From Plasmodiophora brassicae (taxonomy: Eukaryota), in assembly GCA_036867785.1 (NCBI GenBank), contig CP145411.1, positions 1,302,001 through 1,366,000 of the forward strand: a stretch of DNA of 64,000 nucleotides, given 5' to 3'. The notes beneath the pieces were generated by a model. That model saw nothing but the letters and a program-made list of their open reading frames with translations, made no database searches and was not told the origin of the DNA. Numbering within the stretch: position 1 is the first letter of the stretch; each line of letters opens with the position of its first letter. Positions 23,501-35,600 of the stretch are shown here, piece by piece. Made by a program: the position numbers and the translations under genes.

Positions 23501-26255
23501 TGCCCGATCCCGTCTGTCCCTTACGGCCGATGTCGTGGAGTTGGTCGACCACGTACGTTCTTTAGTGCTTGTCGACTATGCCGCTGTACGAGCACGCGCG
23601 TCATCCCTTCTTTCGTCCGTACTGGACGCTTGGCCCTCTCTCCGCCAACCAACCGTTTCGTCGTTGACTGGTGTTATTCGGTCGCACCAGTCGTCGGATA
23701 AAGCTGTTCTTGGCGCTAGCGAGGCCATGCGCCAATCACGACTGGCGAAAGGCATTGCGTCTTCCTGGGACTCGTGGCGACTGCTCGCCATCGCGCTGTC
23801 TGACTCTGGTCACCACAAGGATGACCTTGTTCAGGTAATGGGTCTGCCACTGTGGTCTACCAAGTCGTGTTCGTCGTTGAAATGTTGATATGTCGTTTAG
23901 GCCGAGCTCATCGCCTTGTTCACGGTTACCGTGGACCAAATGCACACACTGCCCGTTGACGTTTCCCCATTAATTGGAGACCTCCTTTGCATCGTTAAGA
24001 CACCCGGCCTGCACTGGCGCTGTGAGCTGACTGCGGCACGGTTTCTGCATTCCTTAATTCGATTGCCAAATCCCGATCTTCGGATTATTGAGTTCTTCAC
24101 CAAAGCGGTGCAGTCCGACTTCGTCCCGTTGCGTCGAATTGCGTTATCAGCCCTGACGTTGATGGCTGATGGAAAACCCAACTTCGGCCTCCCTATGGAG
24201 CATCCGGCACCATCCGACTTGGAACTTGCTTCTGCAACGCGTACCACGTTTTACGATCGCAATGACTCGGGATGGGAGCCTGAATCGACATGTATCGCGT
24301 ATTCAAGTGCATCTCCAGACGTTGTCAAACCTTGCCTGGATCTGTCGTCGTTCTCCCTCGATGTCCTTGTCAAATCGCTTGAAGAGGTACATGGTCGCCA
24401 ATTGCGTTGGCTAAATGTTGGTCCATATCTAAGGGTTTGTCTTCATTAGGACCATCATAAACTGTCGTCGGCCAAGGGTGAGACAGGGGCGGGGCATGTC
24501 ATTGCCAGGACGGTCCCCGACTTTACGCAAAGCCGTCTGTGCTGGCCACGGACCGCGTTAGGCTCTGTGCATGATCTACTGTCTATTGAGCATATCATGC
24601 TGGTGTCGGGACTTGGCCCTTCAGCTGCACCTCGTTTGGTGTCCATTGCCAGATCGCTCCTTGATCGTGACCAGCAGGCCCACAATTTCCGTGATGGCCA
24701 CGTAACCGCGGCAGAGATTTTCGCCGGGTGTGCGCAGTATCACCCTGAAGGTGTGTCTGACTTGCTTCTGGCTGGTATTGATCACTGCACACCGGACCTA
24801 GTGAAAGACTGGTCAAGCGCGATTCGCTTTGCAGTCACTGACTTCGACCCACTCCGGGTTATGTGGTTAGTAGACCTTGTTGTGGATCAAGCTCTTGGCT
24901 CCCGAATATCTGCGTATGCTCCAAAGGATCTCTACAAACGTCTCGCGTTCTTGCAGTGCCTACTGCTAGAATTCACTTGGCGAGCGCCCCATATCAGAAG
25001 CCTAGTTTGCCAACGGATATGGGAGAATCCGGTCCTGTTCGCCAATCCATACACTCAGGTGCGCCAAGAAGTTGGGCGTACGTTGGCGTTCGCGTTGTAT
25101 TCGAGCAATCGACCAGGATCGTCTCGCCCGACGAACATGTCCGATATACTTGATCGACAACTGTCGACTGCTAAACATGACAATTCCGAAATTAATTCTC
25201 TTGAGACGGTACGTTCGCCTCGATGCAATGCTGTCCCTGTCTCATGTCGCTGGCAGATGCTGACATGGGCGACGTTTACCGTGGCCAACTGCGAAGCCTG
25301 CTATGCCGCTGATATCATTATCAAGCAAGTCCCGGCGATCATTTCGTCCTGTCACCATCCCAACCCGGAGACTGCGGCGCTCGCCAAGCACTGCCTTGCG
25401 GGAGTTTCATGGCTTCAGTACTCAGTTAGTGTTCGCCAGCTGGTCTGGATATATGCGTCCATACTAACGGCGTGTTTTGTCCAGGTGGAGTCATTCGATG
25501 CGATGGTTCAAGCGTGCACGGTCCTCTGTTCGCATACGTCGTGGCACGTTCGCAGCACTGCGCTGTCGATAATGAGAACTCTTGCCGTGCGTCACACCTT
25601 CTTCCTGGACGCCTCGCGAGTAACATCTTTGAGCACGCTCTTCGAGAAAGCACTTGGTAGAGTGGCCGGGCAGCAGTCTCCGCTTACGTGTCATGCTGAA
25701 CCGGTCTACAGCTGACGAGCGTATCGAGTGCCGCGAAATCGCATCCCAGAACGTGACAGGGCTAATGTCGTGCTCGGCGGAGTTCATTTCCATCGACAAG
25801 ATCTCGCGAAGGTGAGGCGGTCAATGCGTCAGCTGAAAATTACTTTGCGTCGGCCCGACTGGATATGACGGTGTCCGTCTCTGCAGGTTTATGAAGTCTG
25901 CCAAGACATCCGCAAAGGACAGCGGCTCGTTGTTGCAGCGCCACGCTGGCGTCCTGGGCCTAGCAGCTCTAATACGGTCCGAACCTTATGGTGTCCCCGA
26001 ATGGCTGCCTGGTGTCCTCGCGTTCTGTGCACCCTATATTCACGACCCGGCACCTATCGGTACTGTCTAGCAGATCTTGGTGCAGATACAATATCAGGAT
26101 CTGATGGCCAACATGCAGGTCCGCTGATGCGGAAGGTGTTCGGCGACTTCATGAGGACGCATCAGGACACGTGGCACGTCGACCAAGAGAAATTCAACGA
26201 GGATGAGTTGACGGCCGTCAAGGAGGCTGTTATTGCGCCGTCGTATTTCGCGTAA
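20569..26255 (+). CDS. PSME4: Proteasome activator PA200/Blm10, multi-exon
   Basis: TFFHPSNGGPW, IDAVNFLKSAAT, ALTETYPTEFR, RHAGVLGLAALIRSEPYGVPEWLP, and C-terminus FMRTHQDTW...APSYFA*. Confidence 0.92.
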
Positions 26256-26293
26256 CGCTCATACACATCATGTGTTCGATCACGTCGATGTAT

Positions 26294-26978
26294 TTATGAC
26301 GTTTCCGGTTTGGCGACTTTGCGATACTCAAGAGCATGGCTGTGTGGGCACTGCATCTGCTGCCAGCTGACAGGGACCATCACGTGGCCGGTGGTGCTCC
26401 GTGCAACGATGACGCCAAGGTCATCCTGGACTGTCGACAGGAAGTATGATTTGGAGTCGCCCAACGAGATGACAGTGGCAAGGACGATATCGCCAGGTCG
26501 AAAACATCGGTACATTTGCACATCATCCTTCTCCAACGCGCGGACATCTTGAACGCGAATGATGCCTGGGAAAGGCTCTGGTAGAACGATCCTCCCTACG
26601 CATATGATCTCGGTCGTCGCGAACCGAATACTGTGCACAAATCACTTGTCAGCGACACCGACCAGACAACGAGCGCGACTGCGTACTTGATCTTGGTAAC
26701 GCGGACTGTGACTCGATCACCGACTTTGGGGATGACACCAGGAGCTCGCCTCCGACGCACAGATACAATCTGTCGGCAGGCCGTTAACGTTGCTGTTGGC
26801 AGTGCCGAGCACAGACTACCTGAGCGCCGGGTGTCCCGCCTTGCTCGACAGTCAACGTGCCAACCACCGAGGCAATGACGGCACCGTTCGCAAGATAGGT
26901 CCCATCGGCGGCAGCGACGTCGGCACCCTGGGCGAGGATTTGCCCTGGGGCGACAGCAGTGCCTGGGCTAACAATCAT
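26294..26978 (-). CDS. EXOSC1: Exosome complex component CSL4 (2 introns)
   Basis: FPGIIRVQDVRALEKD..MYRCFRPGDIVLATVISLGD..YFLST..LGVIVA..MVPVSWQQMQCP..EYRKVAKP. Confidence 0.93.
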
Positions 26979-27463
26979 CGCGACTACCTATCGCGAGCGG
27001 ATTCCGCCACGGACTCCGTCACGGTTATCCCGCAGGCCCATTCTGGCCATCTCGCTTCTGGACTCTGGTATTTAGTGTCAGACGGATCGTCGCTGGCGTT
27101 GTTGACAGCCCGACATGTGGATCTTGTACAATTGCCGTTCCTGGTGTCTCTGACGGTGCCACGGAACGCGCCGAAAGGGCAACGTTCATGGAATTACGTT
27201 CTCGTCAACGTGACGATCGACCGCAAAACCGTCGGCATCCCGATAGCGCGGACGAGTCGTCGAGTCCGTCAACTTGGTCAACTGGCCACAGGTAACCGTC
27301 ATGGACACAAGTCAAGCTTTCTGGCCGGAACGGGGCGGAACGGCAACTTCGTGTGCGTGACACACGTCTTGGCGCTGTCGTGTGGTATAATCTGCGGGGA
27401 TTCGCCGCTGTTCCCCCGTGAATATCTGCGTCACTCCAGGAATCTGCCAGCGCTGCGACGACC

Positions 27464-28693
27464 ATGCGAGTTCGTCGTGGCAGAGCGCTAGTCATTGGTG
27501 CGGTCATCGCCGCAGCCTTGGTGAGCCTCGTGTCCATTCACTCGGTGCTGCGATCATCGGTGCCAACGTTTACGGCATGGTCCAGCGTACGGACACCTGG
27601 TCAACCTCTGGGTGATTGGTGGAATACGAGCACACAACACTGCCAGGCGGCTCGTGAACACGGACGGACCGTTGCGCTGATCCGCCGGAACCAGTTCCGA
27701 TCGGACTGCAGTACAGCCAAATACCTGAAGGCGTCCATCTACGATCAGGGGCAGTTCGGGTCGTCGTTGTGCTTCTACCGCGGGTGTCTAGCAGCGGCCA
27801 TCAACACGGGGCGCATCCTGGTCATCGACTGGGACGCCCTCCCACACAGCGGCCACCTGGACCCATGGACGAATTGCAGCGTGCCGCCCAATGCCGACGT
27901 TCAACAGTGCACGTTCCGATCGGACGGCCACGTCAACATCGACTCGGTGAAGAACACGCTGTACGAGTCGCCACCGGACGCCCTGGCCGACCACGGGCGC
28001 CTGTGGTGGAACATTCACGCGCTGGCGTTCCTGGCGTCGCCTCGTCGTGGCATCGCCCCCGATGCTCTCGACGCCGACCGATTCGCAGGCATGCACGTCC
28101 GGCGAACGGATAAGGCCCGTGAGGCGCGGCCCGTGCCCATGTCCGACTTCGTGCACGAACTGGACAGGGTCGCCTCTGCCGCCGCCGCCGACGACGACGA
28201 CGACCGCACCATGGTCGTCCGTATTGCCACCGATGATCCCGAGGTCGTCCTGCCTGAGTTCGACGAGGTCACCAGGGGCCGCAGCCCCTCCAGGTTGCTG
28301 CATCGTTTCCTGAGGAGCGACCATCCGACACCGCGTGCCGAGACGGCGGATGAGGCGGTGAACGCCGTTGTCGATCTGCAACACAGCAATCCGCTGGCGG
28401 TGACGTTCTCGTCGAATTTCGGGCAGTGGGCGATGGCCCTGAAAGTCGCGCACGACCTGGACGCGGGGCGCTCCGGCGAAGTGATCCTGTTCGACGCCGA
28501 GTGGTTCGGCTGGGTCATACCGGATCCGACCGCGATCCTGGGCGCCGAATGGACGACGGATGCTTCCAGGGCCCGGCGTGCCAGGGCGCTGTGCAGTGAC
28601 GGCCAGTTCTACGAGTTCGACGACTTCCGCAAGCGCCCGAAGCACTGCGCCTTCTCGACGACCCGGATCCGCTACTCGTTCGACGACTGCTGA
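27464..28693 (+). CDS. GT23 alpha-1,6-fucosyltransferase-like type II membrane protein, intronless
   Basis: N-terminal TM helix, GQFGSSL, GMHVRRTDKAREA, IATDDP, TFSSNFG (FUT8-type GDP-fucose motifs). Confidence 0.8.
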   Translation: MRVRRGRALVIGAVIAAALVSLVSIHSVLRSSVPTFTAWSSVRTPGQPLGDWWNTSTQHCQAAREHGRTVALIRRNQFRSDCSTAKYLKASIYDQGQFGSSLCFYRGCLAAAINTGRILVIDWDALPHSGHLDPWTNCSVPPNADVQQCTFRSDGHVNIDSVKNTLYESPPDALADHGRLWWNIHALAFLASPRRGIAPDALDADRFAGMHVRRTDKAREARPVPMSDFVHELDRVASAAAADDDDDRTMVVRIATDDPEVVLPEFDEVTRGRSPSRLLHRFLRSDHPTPRAETADEAVNAVVDLQHSNPLAVTFSSNFGQWAMALKVAHDLDAGRSGEVILFDAEWFGWVIPDPTAILGAEWTTDASRARRARALCSDGQFYEFDDFRKRPKHCAFSTTRIRYSFDDC

Positions 28694-29039
28694 TACGTTG
28701 TGTGTGTGTGTTTGTACATATATATGAATGGTTGCACCTGTCATGGTCTGCCGAGCGCCTGCCTCAACCAGGTGATGGTGCGCGGGATCGTCGCTGGCCG
28801 TGTGGTGGTGGGGCGGCCGCAGGGCACTGGTCACTGGGCCACTGGGTCGGTCCGCTGCGCAAGACGTCGGCGGGAAGTCCGCCCCGGGGCGCGGTCGTGG
28901 CGGTGGTGGGCCGCAGCCGCACTCGCAGGGTGGTGCCATCCATCCGTCCATCTATTACTGGATCGCTGCGTCCCCTTGGCCCCCTCGATGCGCGGCGCCC
29001 CTCGCTGACATGCGCCTGCACCCACCACGCGTGACCGAC

Positions 29040-30334
29040 ATGGGCGACGACCCGGAAGGCAGGCCGGCTGCGCACGGCGACATTGATCCCATACTGGTGC
29101 AGGCGCTCGGCAACGACCGCGACCGCCCGCTCCTGATGCAGTTCGAGGCGCAGGTCGAGGCGTTCCTGCGCGACCCCAACCAGGACCGCGTCATGTTCCC
29201 GCCCATGTCGTCCTACCATCGTCTGCTGCTGCACAAGGTCGCCGACCTGTACCGGATCGAGCACCCATCGTTGCGCACGCCCGACGGCCAGCGCCACCTG
29301 GTCCTGGTCAAGCTCGACCAGTCGTCCATGTCGGTACCGGACGCGTCGTATCCTGCCCCTCCGTTGCTGAACGCCATCCCACAGACCTGACCTGCGCCTC
29401 TGCGACCTGGCCGTGCCACCTGCGGCGCCGGCGAACGCGACATCGGCCGGCGCCGTTGCCCCGGCACCGGTCCGCATCATGAGGCGGCAACCTGGCCCGT
29501 CCGCGTCGGGTGTCCCGTCATCGGCCTCCAGGACAGGCTCGACCGGCGACGCCGCCGTCGACACATCGCTACAGGTACGTCGTATGGGGCGACCACCGCC
29601 GCGTGTGTGCTGATGAACGGTGTCGCCGCCGCTCTGCCACGTAGACCCGAGAGGAGGCGTACGCGCGCGCCCGTGCCAAACTGTTCAACCTGGACGACGG
29701 CGCCGCTGACGACGACGACGACGACGACGGCCGTGCCGATCTGTACGACGACGGCGACGAGGACCTCCCGGTCGTCGATGACGAGGACCAGGACCTGTAC
29801 CGACGCAACGTCGTCCCGTTCAGGAGCGTGTCGTCGGGGTACGCGCCGCCCGTGCCGCCGTACGAGGCGGCAGGGCCGTACTGGCCGCCGTCGTCGTCCA
29901 TGCCCAGGCAGGCGGCGGCGGCGGCGGGCCCGTACGCGCCCCTCCAGGCCGACCAGCTCTTCATCAACGAATCCGTCGTCGACGTCGACACCGACTGGGC
30001 GGAACAGAAGCGACCCGACGCCGACTCGTTCACGTGTACGTTTGCTGGCGTCGGCGGCAAATCGCTGGCGTGTGTGCGTGTGCCGATGCTGACCGTGCGT
30101 TGCGGTTGTCCAGTCTGCACGAGCATGCTGGAGGTGTACGATCTGCCGGTCGGCGCGAGGAACTACCAGATCGACATGCTGCTGGACGACCTGAAGCAGC
30201 GCCCGTGCACGCTGCGGTGGCTGTCGGACGGGCGCGTCATTGCCGTGTTCGGCAGCGCTCGCGCCGCCCTTGACGCCATGCAGAGCACGTCGAGCGCGAC
30301 CTACAAGCTGCGACCGTGGTCGGGCGGCACCTAA
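29040..30334 (+). CDS. R3H + SUZ domain RNA-binding protein with R3HCC1-like C-terminal domain, multi-exon
   Basis: FPPMSSYHRLLLHKVADLYRIEH (R3H), REEAYARARAKLF (SUZ), MLEVYDLP..LRWLSDGRVIAVFGS. Confidence 0.8.
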
Positions 30335-30459
30335 CGCGACGACGTTTGCTGCTGCACCCCCCATGTACCAATCGATGCGGATTCATAACTGGGACAGGTG
30401 TGCGGTCTGTCTGTGGGTGTGTGTGTGTGGGTGTGTGTCCGCCTGGCAGGCTGGGGCCG

Positions 30460-32324
30460 TCAGTGCTGGGGCTGGCGGCGCTTGACGCTCTTGAACTTGG
30501 CGGTCAGCGGCCCGTAGTCGCCCGTGTACTTGCCGGCGAACGAGATCTCCTGGTCGCACTCCCAGTCGACGCGCTGGATCCAGGTGCCGATCAGGATCTT
30601 GAACAGGGCCAGGCCGACGCCCGCGCTGTACAGGGCGCAGCCGAACCGGGCCGTCTGTGGCGCCGGGTCGTGGGCGGCGTCGACGAACCCGAACGTGAAG
30701 ACCTGCGACTTGAGCGACGGGTTGTCCAGGAAGCGCCGCGCGTTGAACTGGCCGGCCGCCTCCCCGAAGACGGCGTCGTCGCGCAGGCAGAGCGGCAGGG
30801 CGGCGCAGATCAGGTCGCCCTTGCGCACCTGGTACAGGGGGCCGCCGGTGCTGGGCACCTGCAGGTCCTTCATGGCCTTCTTGAAGATGATGGTTGGGCG
30901 CAGGAAGAACCGCTGCCACTCGTAGGCGAACGACTCCAGCAGCGGGTACCGGTCGACCGTGTCGAAGCGCAGCGGGTCGTTGCCGATCTCCCGGCGCAGG
31001 TCGTCGAGCGTGGACCGCTGCTCGGACAGCATGGCGATGGCGGACGCCAGCGGCAGGCCGATGCCCGCGATGCCGTTGAACTGGATCAGGAACTGGAGCC
31101 ACCGGTCCAGGTCGTCGGTCGTGTACTCCAACGCCAGCGCCATCTTCCTGTACGGCTCGTACAGGTCCGAGTGCCGGATGATGTCCAGGCCCTCCTCGGA
31201 CAGCGCCTTGGAGTGCGACGCCGCCAACTTGAGCGTGCAGGCCACCTGAGCAACCGGGCGCGCACCCGGTCAGTTCGGGGGCAGGAGCGGCACCCAGCGA
31301 GTCGCGGCGACCGACCGTGCCCAGCAGGCCGCCCAGCCAGTTGCTCGTCTGCAGGTCGCTGACCACGTCGGGAATGTACGTCGTCATGGCCTTCAGGCTG
31401 TGCAATCACCGGCGCGGCGCGGGCATCAACAGCCTGGTGCGGCTACCGGTACAGCGCGCGGCCCGTACCTCGGCGGCGTCGTGTCCAGCAACCACTTGAA
31501 CATGAACTGGCCGGCGAACTTGGTGGCCACGTCGCCGATCGTGTACCGGTCCGGGTGGCGCAGCAGGGCCGGCAGGAAGTCGTCGTAGACCATCTGCTGC
31601 GACTGCCGCAGCGCGTCCTCGACGTGCCCGAACCGGCTGTGCATCAGGGCGACCGTGTACGCCCGGTCCAGCTTGTGCCCGTTGGCGTCGCTGGCCACCA
31701 GCGACGGCATGGCCTGCTTCACCAGGGTCGCGGGGACGCCCAGCGGCCCGAACCTGCACCGACAGACGTCAGCAACCGCCAGGCGACCACGACAGCATCG
31801 GGGAGGCGGCGGTCGTCGCACCGTTTGAAGTCTTCGCGGTCGAGGTCGGCCGACGGGCTCCCCAGGAAGAACTTGGCGGACGTGTGATCCGTCAGGACGA
31901 CGACGGGCAGGCCAATGTGCATGCGGAAGACGGGGGCGCCACCGGCGGCCGCCCGCCCGTCAATGAACGTGCCGATCAGGTTGGTGGCCCAGCGCACGAC
32001 GTCGATGGCGGGCAGCGGGTCGAGCGGGCCCGCCCACGACGCCAGGTACCGGGTCACACGAACGAGGCGCGTCTCGGCGTTGGCGGGTTCGACCACGACG
32101 GGTGCGGGTTCGCCAGGCGCGTGCTCCTGGTCGTGGGCCCCGCCGCTGCGCTCCGGGACGGGCCCAGGTGCGGGTATGCCTCGCACCTGGGCCGGCGCCG
32201 GCTGCTTCGAGGCCGGCTTGAACGCCGGCTTGCTGCTGTCGTCTTTCTTGCCCAGGTGGTGGTGCTCCTGGTCGGTCGCATGGCCCTGCTTGTCCTCGTT
32301 GACGGCGAACGCGTCGTCTGGCAT
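30460..32324 (-). CDS. Cytochrome P450 resembling CYP74 clan (AOS/HPL/DES/EAS-like), 4 exons (about 32324-31822, 31753-31469, 31397-31317, 31245-30460)
   Basis: VFRMHIG..VVVLTD, I-helix QFNGIAG, YEWQRF (ExxR), VRKGDLI..LCLRDDAVF, FNARRF, and a heme loop FTFG-(16 aa)-C. Confidence 0.72.
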
Positions 32325-32672
32325 GGCGCTGGCAGCGGTCGTGTCGAGGCCCACGAACGACCTCGGCCCGATCGAGATTCTAGTGAGGGAGATCGCCCTA
32401 CCAGGGGGGACGGCGTGGATCGCAGACCATACCAAGATGTTGCAGAGACGATCACGCGCTGACGCGGACGATCGCCACAAATCTTACCCGGCACCAGATC
32501 GATCCGCCTGAGGGCGGTACCATCCACCGCGAGGGCCCAGGTCCATATCGGAATCGGGCCCAGCTGCCCCCCGCGCCCCCGATGCTGGTTCCCAGTGGCA
32601 CGTCTCAGATACAGCAACCGCCTCGGCCGGGGCCTGCGCTTTATGTGCAGAGAACGAGCGGCGGGCACATGG

Positions 32673-35600
32673 TCAGATGGTTCCGTTGGCCACGTTGGTG
32701 ACGACCAGGGGCATCAGGCGCGCCGCTGCCGACCCGACGACGACGGGGACCTGGGTCGGCCCGACGGCGGCGCCGTCATCGGCCATGATCGTGTCCTGCC
32801 TGTTGAGGGACCCCTTGAACAGCACGAAGGTCAGCAGCGGGACGTGCTGGAGGAAGGCGGCGTTGTAGGCGATGCCAAAGATGGTGTACTGGACCCAGGC
32901 GCGGGACGTGGCGTCGTCAAAGTAGATGCCGTACCAGAGGATGGTAAAGACGCAGGCGCCGATCAGCGCGTAGACGACCATGTAGGCGAGCGAGTGGATC
33001 ACGACGCCACGATTGGCGGCCGCGTACGCCCGGTCCATGTCGGCGGCGCGGTCCCGCTCCAGGACCGTGCCGGGGGCGGGCGGACGTCGCGTGGTCGCCT
33101 TGTCGATGTCGACGTCGCCCTGGTACGACGACAGCGGCTTCTTGAGGTACAGGCCGGTGCGGAACCGGTACAGGGAGGTGCGCGGGAACAGGACGTCGGC
33201 GCCAAAGTGTCGGGCCCAGGCCTGCTCGCTGGCGACCGCCTGCCGATGGTGCAGGTAGAACAGGTAGGTGATGGCGTGCTGGGCGGGGACCATGATCAGG
33301 GCGGTGCAGACGGTGGCCCCCAGCCACTGCTGCCAGGTCGTGTACTGGTACCGGCCGAACAGGGCCGCCAGGACCATGTTGGCCAGGACGCTGAACGACA
33401 GGACCAGGACGCGCTGCGGCCGCGACATGAAGTTGTCGTGGTGGAAGAAGATGGTCACGAACATGTGGTGGAGTTTCCACCAGAGCAGGCCGCGGCCGAG
33501 CGCCGACCGGTCCGCCTTGGCGGACAGGGCCGACCCGAGCACCATCTCGACGCCCAGGCGCTGGTTCGGGCGCTGCAGGAGCGTGCCCCGGTGCAGGTCG
33601 CCGTCGACGACGCACTCGACCGGGATCGTGAACCTGGACGCCGGCGCGTTGTCCGGCTCGACGAGCACGTCGATGCAGGTGGTCGCCGCCGGCACGAGCT
33701 GCGCGACGACCGTGTCGAAGATGATGTCGCGCTTGCGCCCCTTCTTCCGGTCCGACACGGTCTGCACGACGCTGTTCGCCCCGCAGGCGATGGTCACGCG
33801 GCACGCCTGGCAGTCGACGCCCTTGAGCTTGCGGATGCGCGTGTACAGGGCGCCCTGCTGCGTCACCAGGTTGCGGCCCTGCTGGAACAGGGCGCGGCGG
33901 TGCTCGCTGCGGACGCGCTCGTCCAGGCGGTACCCGAGGGCGGTGCCCACGACCAGGAACGCGAGCACGGCGCCGACCAGCTCCAGGACCGGGCGGCTGA
34001 CCAGGTCGACGTGGCCCGCCAGGAGTTCGCGCCGCGACCCCGGATCCGGCGTGCGCACGTCGGGCACGAACGCCTGCAGCTCCACCGAGAAGTCGGTCAG
34101 GTGCGTGCACGCGCACTGGATCGCACCCCCGGTCGACGTCGTCGTGTTGTCGGCGCCGACCGTGACGCACCCGGCGTCCGTCCAGCGGTCGGCGCCCGGG
34201 TCGTACGACACGCAGACGGCGCGCCGGTCGCACCGGGCGCCGAACCAGCCGGGCGGGCACGTGCCGCCGGCGCCGAGCCCAGAGCAGTTCCCGGTGCAGG
34301 GCGCCGTCTCCGGGCACGCCACGCTGACGACGATCGGCGCCGACAGGTTGTGGACGGCGACGGGCGCGCTCGTGCCCGCCGCGTACACGTTCAGCGTCGT
34401 GGCCGCCGAGCAGACGGTCGCATTCGTCGCGTTCGTCGTCGTCGCGTTGTGCGGCTGCACGCGCCACTGCACGGCGCTGACGCCGGCGCCCGCCCCGATC
34501 ACGCCCGGCACCGACGGCAGCGCGTACGCGCCCGGCAGCGCGATCGGGCGCGCGCCCAGGGCGCGCTGCGTCGTCACCGTGAACAGGTCGCCGTCGGTGG
34601 CCGACACCGGGTCCTGGCCGACGACCTGTGTGCGCGTCAGACACACACACGCACACGCACACACGCACCGGCCGGCCGCGCACGCACCTGATCGCCCAGC
34701 AGGATCGGGCCGATGCCGTTGACGACGTCGAGGACGTCCGGGATCAGGTCGTGGCGGGCGGCGCCGGCCAGCGCCCGGTAAACGGCGCCGGCCGTCGCCG
34801 CCACGGCCGGCATCGCCGCGGCCGACGCCGCCGACGCGTTCATGGCGTGCCTCGTGATGCGCAGCGCCGTCCTGGCCGCCGCCGTCGTCAGGTTGGCGCC
34901 CGTGGCGATCGCCGCCGTCGTCACGGCCAGCGCCTGGACCTCGTCGGGCGACAACGCCGCCGCCGACGACGACAGCGACGACGAGGCGGCGGCGGTCGCG
35001 TTCTGCGCCATGGCCGCCAGCAGGAACGTGGCGATCCGGGTGCGTTGGGCGCCGGTCGCGCCCGGGTCGCCCAGCAGCGCCGCCCCGGTCAGCACCAGCG
35101 ACTGGAGGGCGGCGGCGTCCCGGGCGCGGGCGGCGCCGGCCACGCCCGCGGCGATCGACGCGAACAGCGCCGCCACGGTCTGGTTCCTCGGCAGGACCGT
35201 CACGTTCGCCGTCGCCAGCGCCGACGCGCCGCCGCCGGTCATGGCGCGGACCGCGACCCGGGCGCCGCCGTCGCCGGGCATCGCCGGCAGCACCGTCGTG
35301 ATGCAATTGCTGAGCGAGGGCGCCCCGCCGCCCAGCAGCGCCGTTGTCGTCGTGCCGTCGGCGGAGACGAGCGCGAACTGGTAGGCCAGCGGCGAGAGGG
35401 TGTCGGGCGACGACCAGCCGTTGGCGCAGATCGTGAAGGGGTCGGCCAGGGCGCGCCCCGCCTCCGGGTACACGGTGACCGTGCCGCGCGTCGGCGGCGT
35501 GCACGTCCGGAACGTGGTGGACGACGCGCCCAGCACGCCGGTGCCGTTCCACAGCTGGATGGCGCACGTGTACCAGGTGGACGGGTGCAGGGCGCCCGGG

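Noticed and set aside
26240-26255. PA200 C-terminus SYFA instead of YYA (HbYX)
   Set aside because: A YFA ending is known from plant PA200 proteins, so it is not novel.
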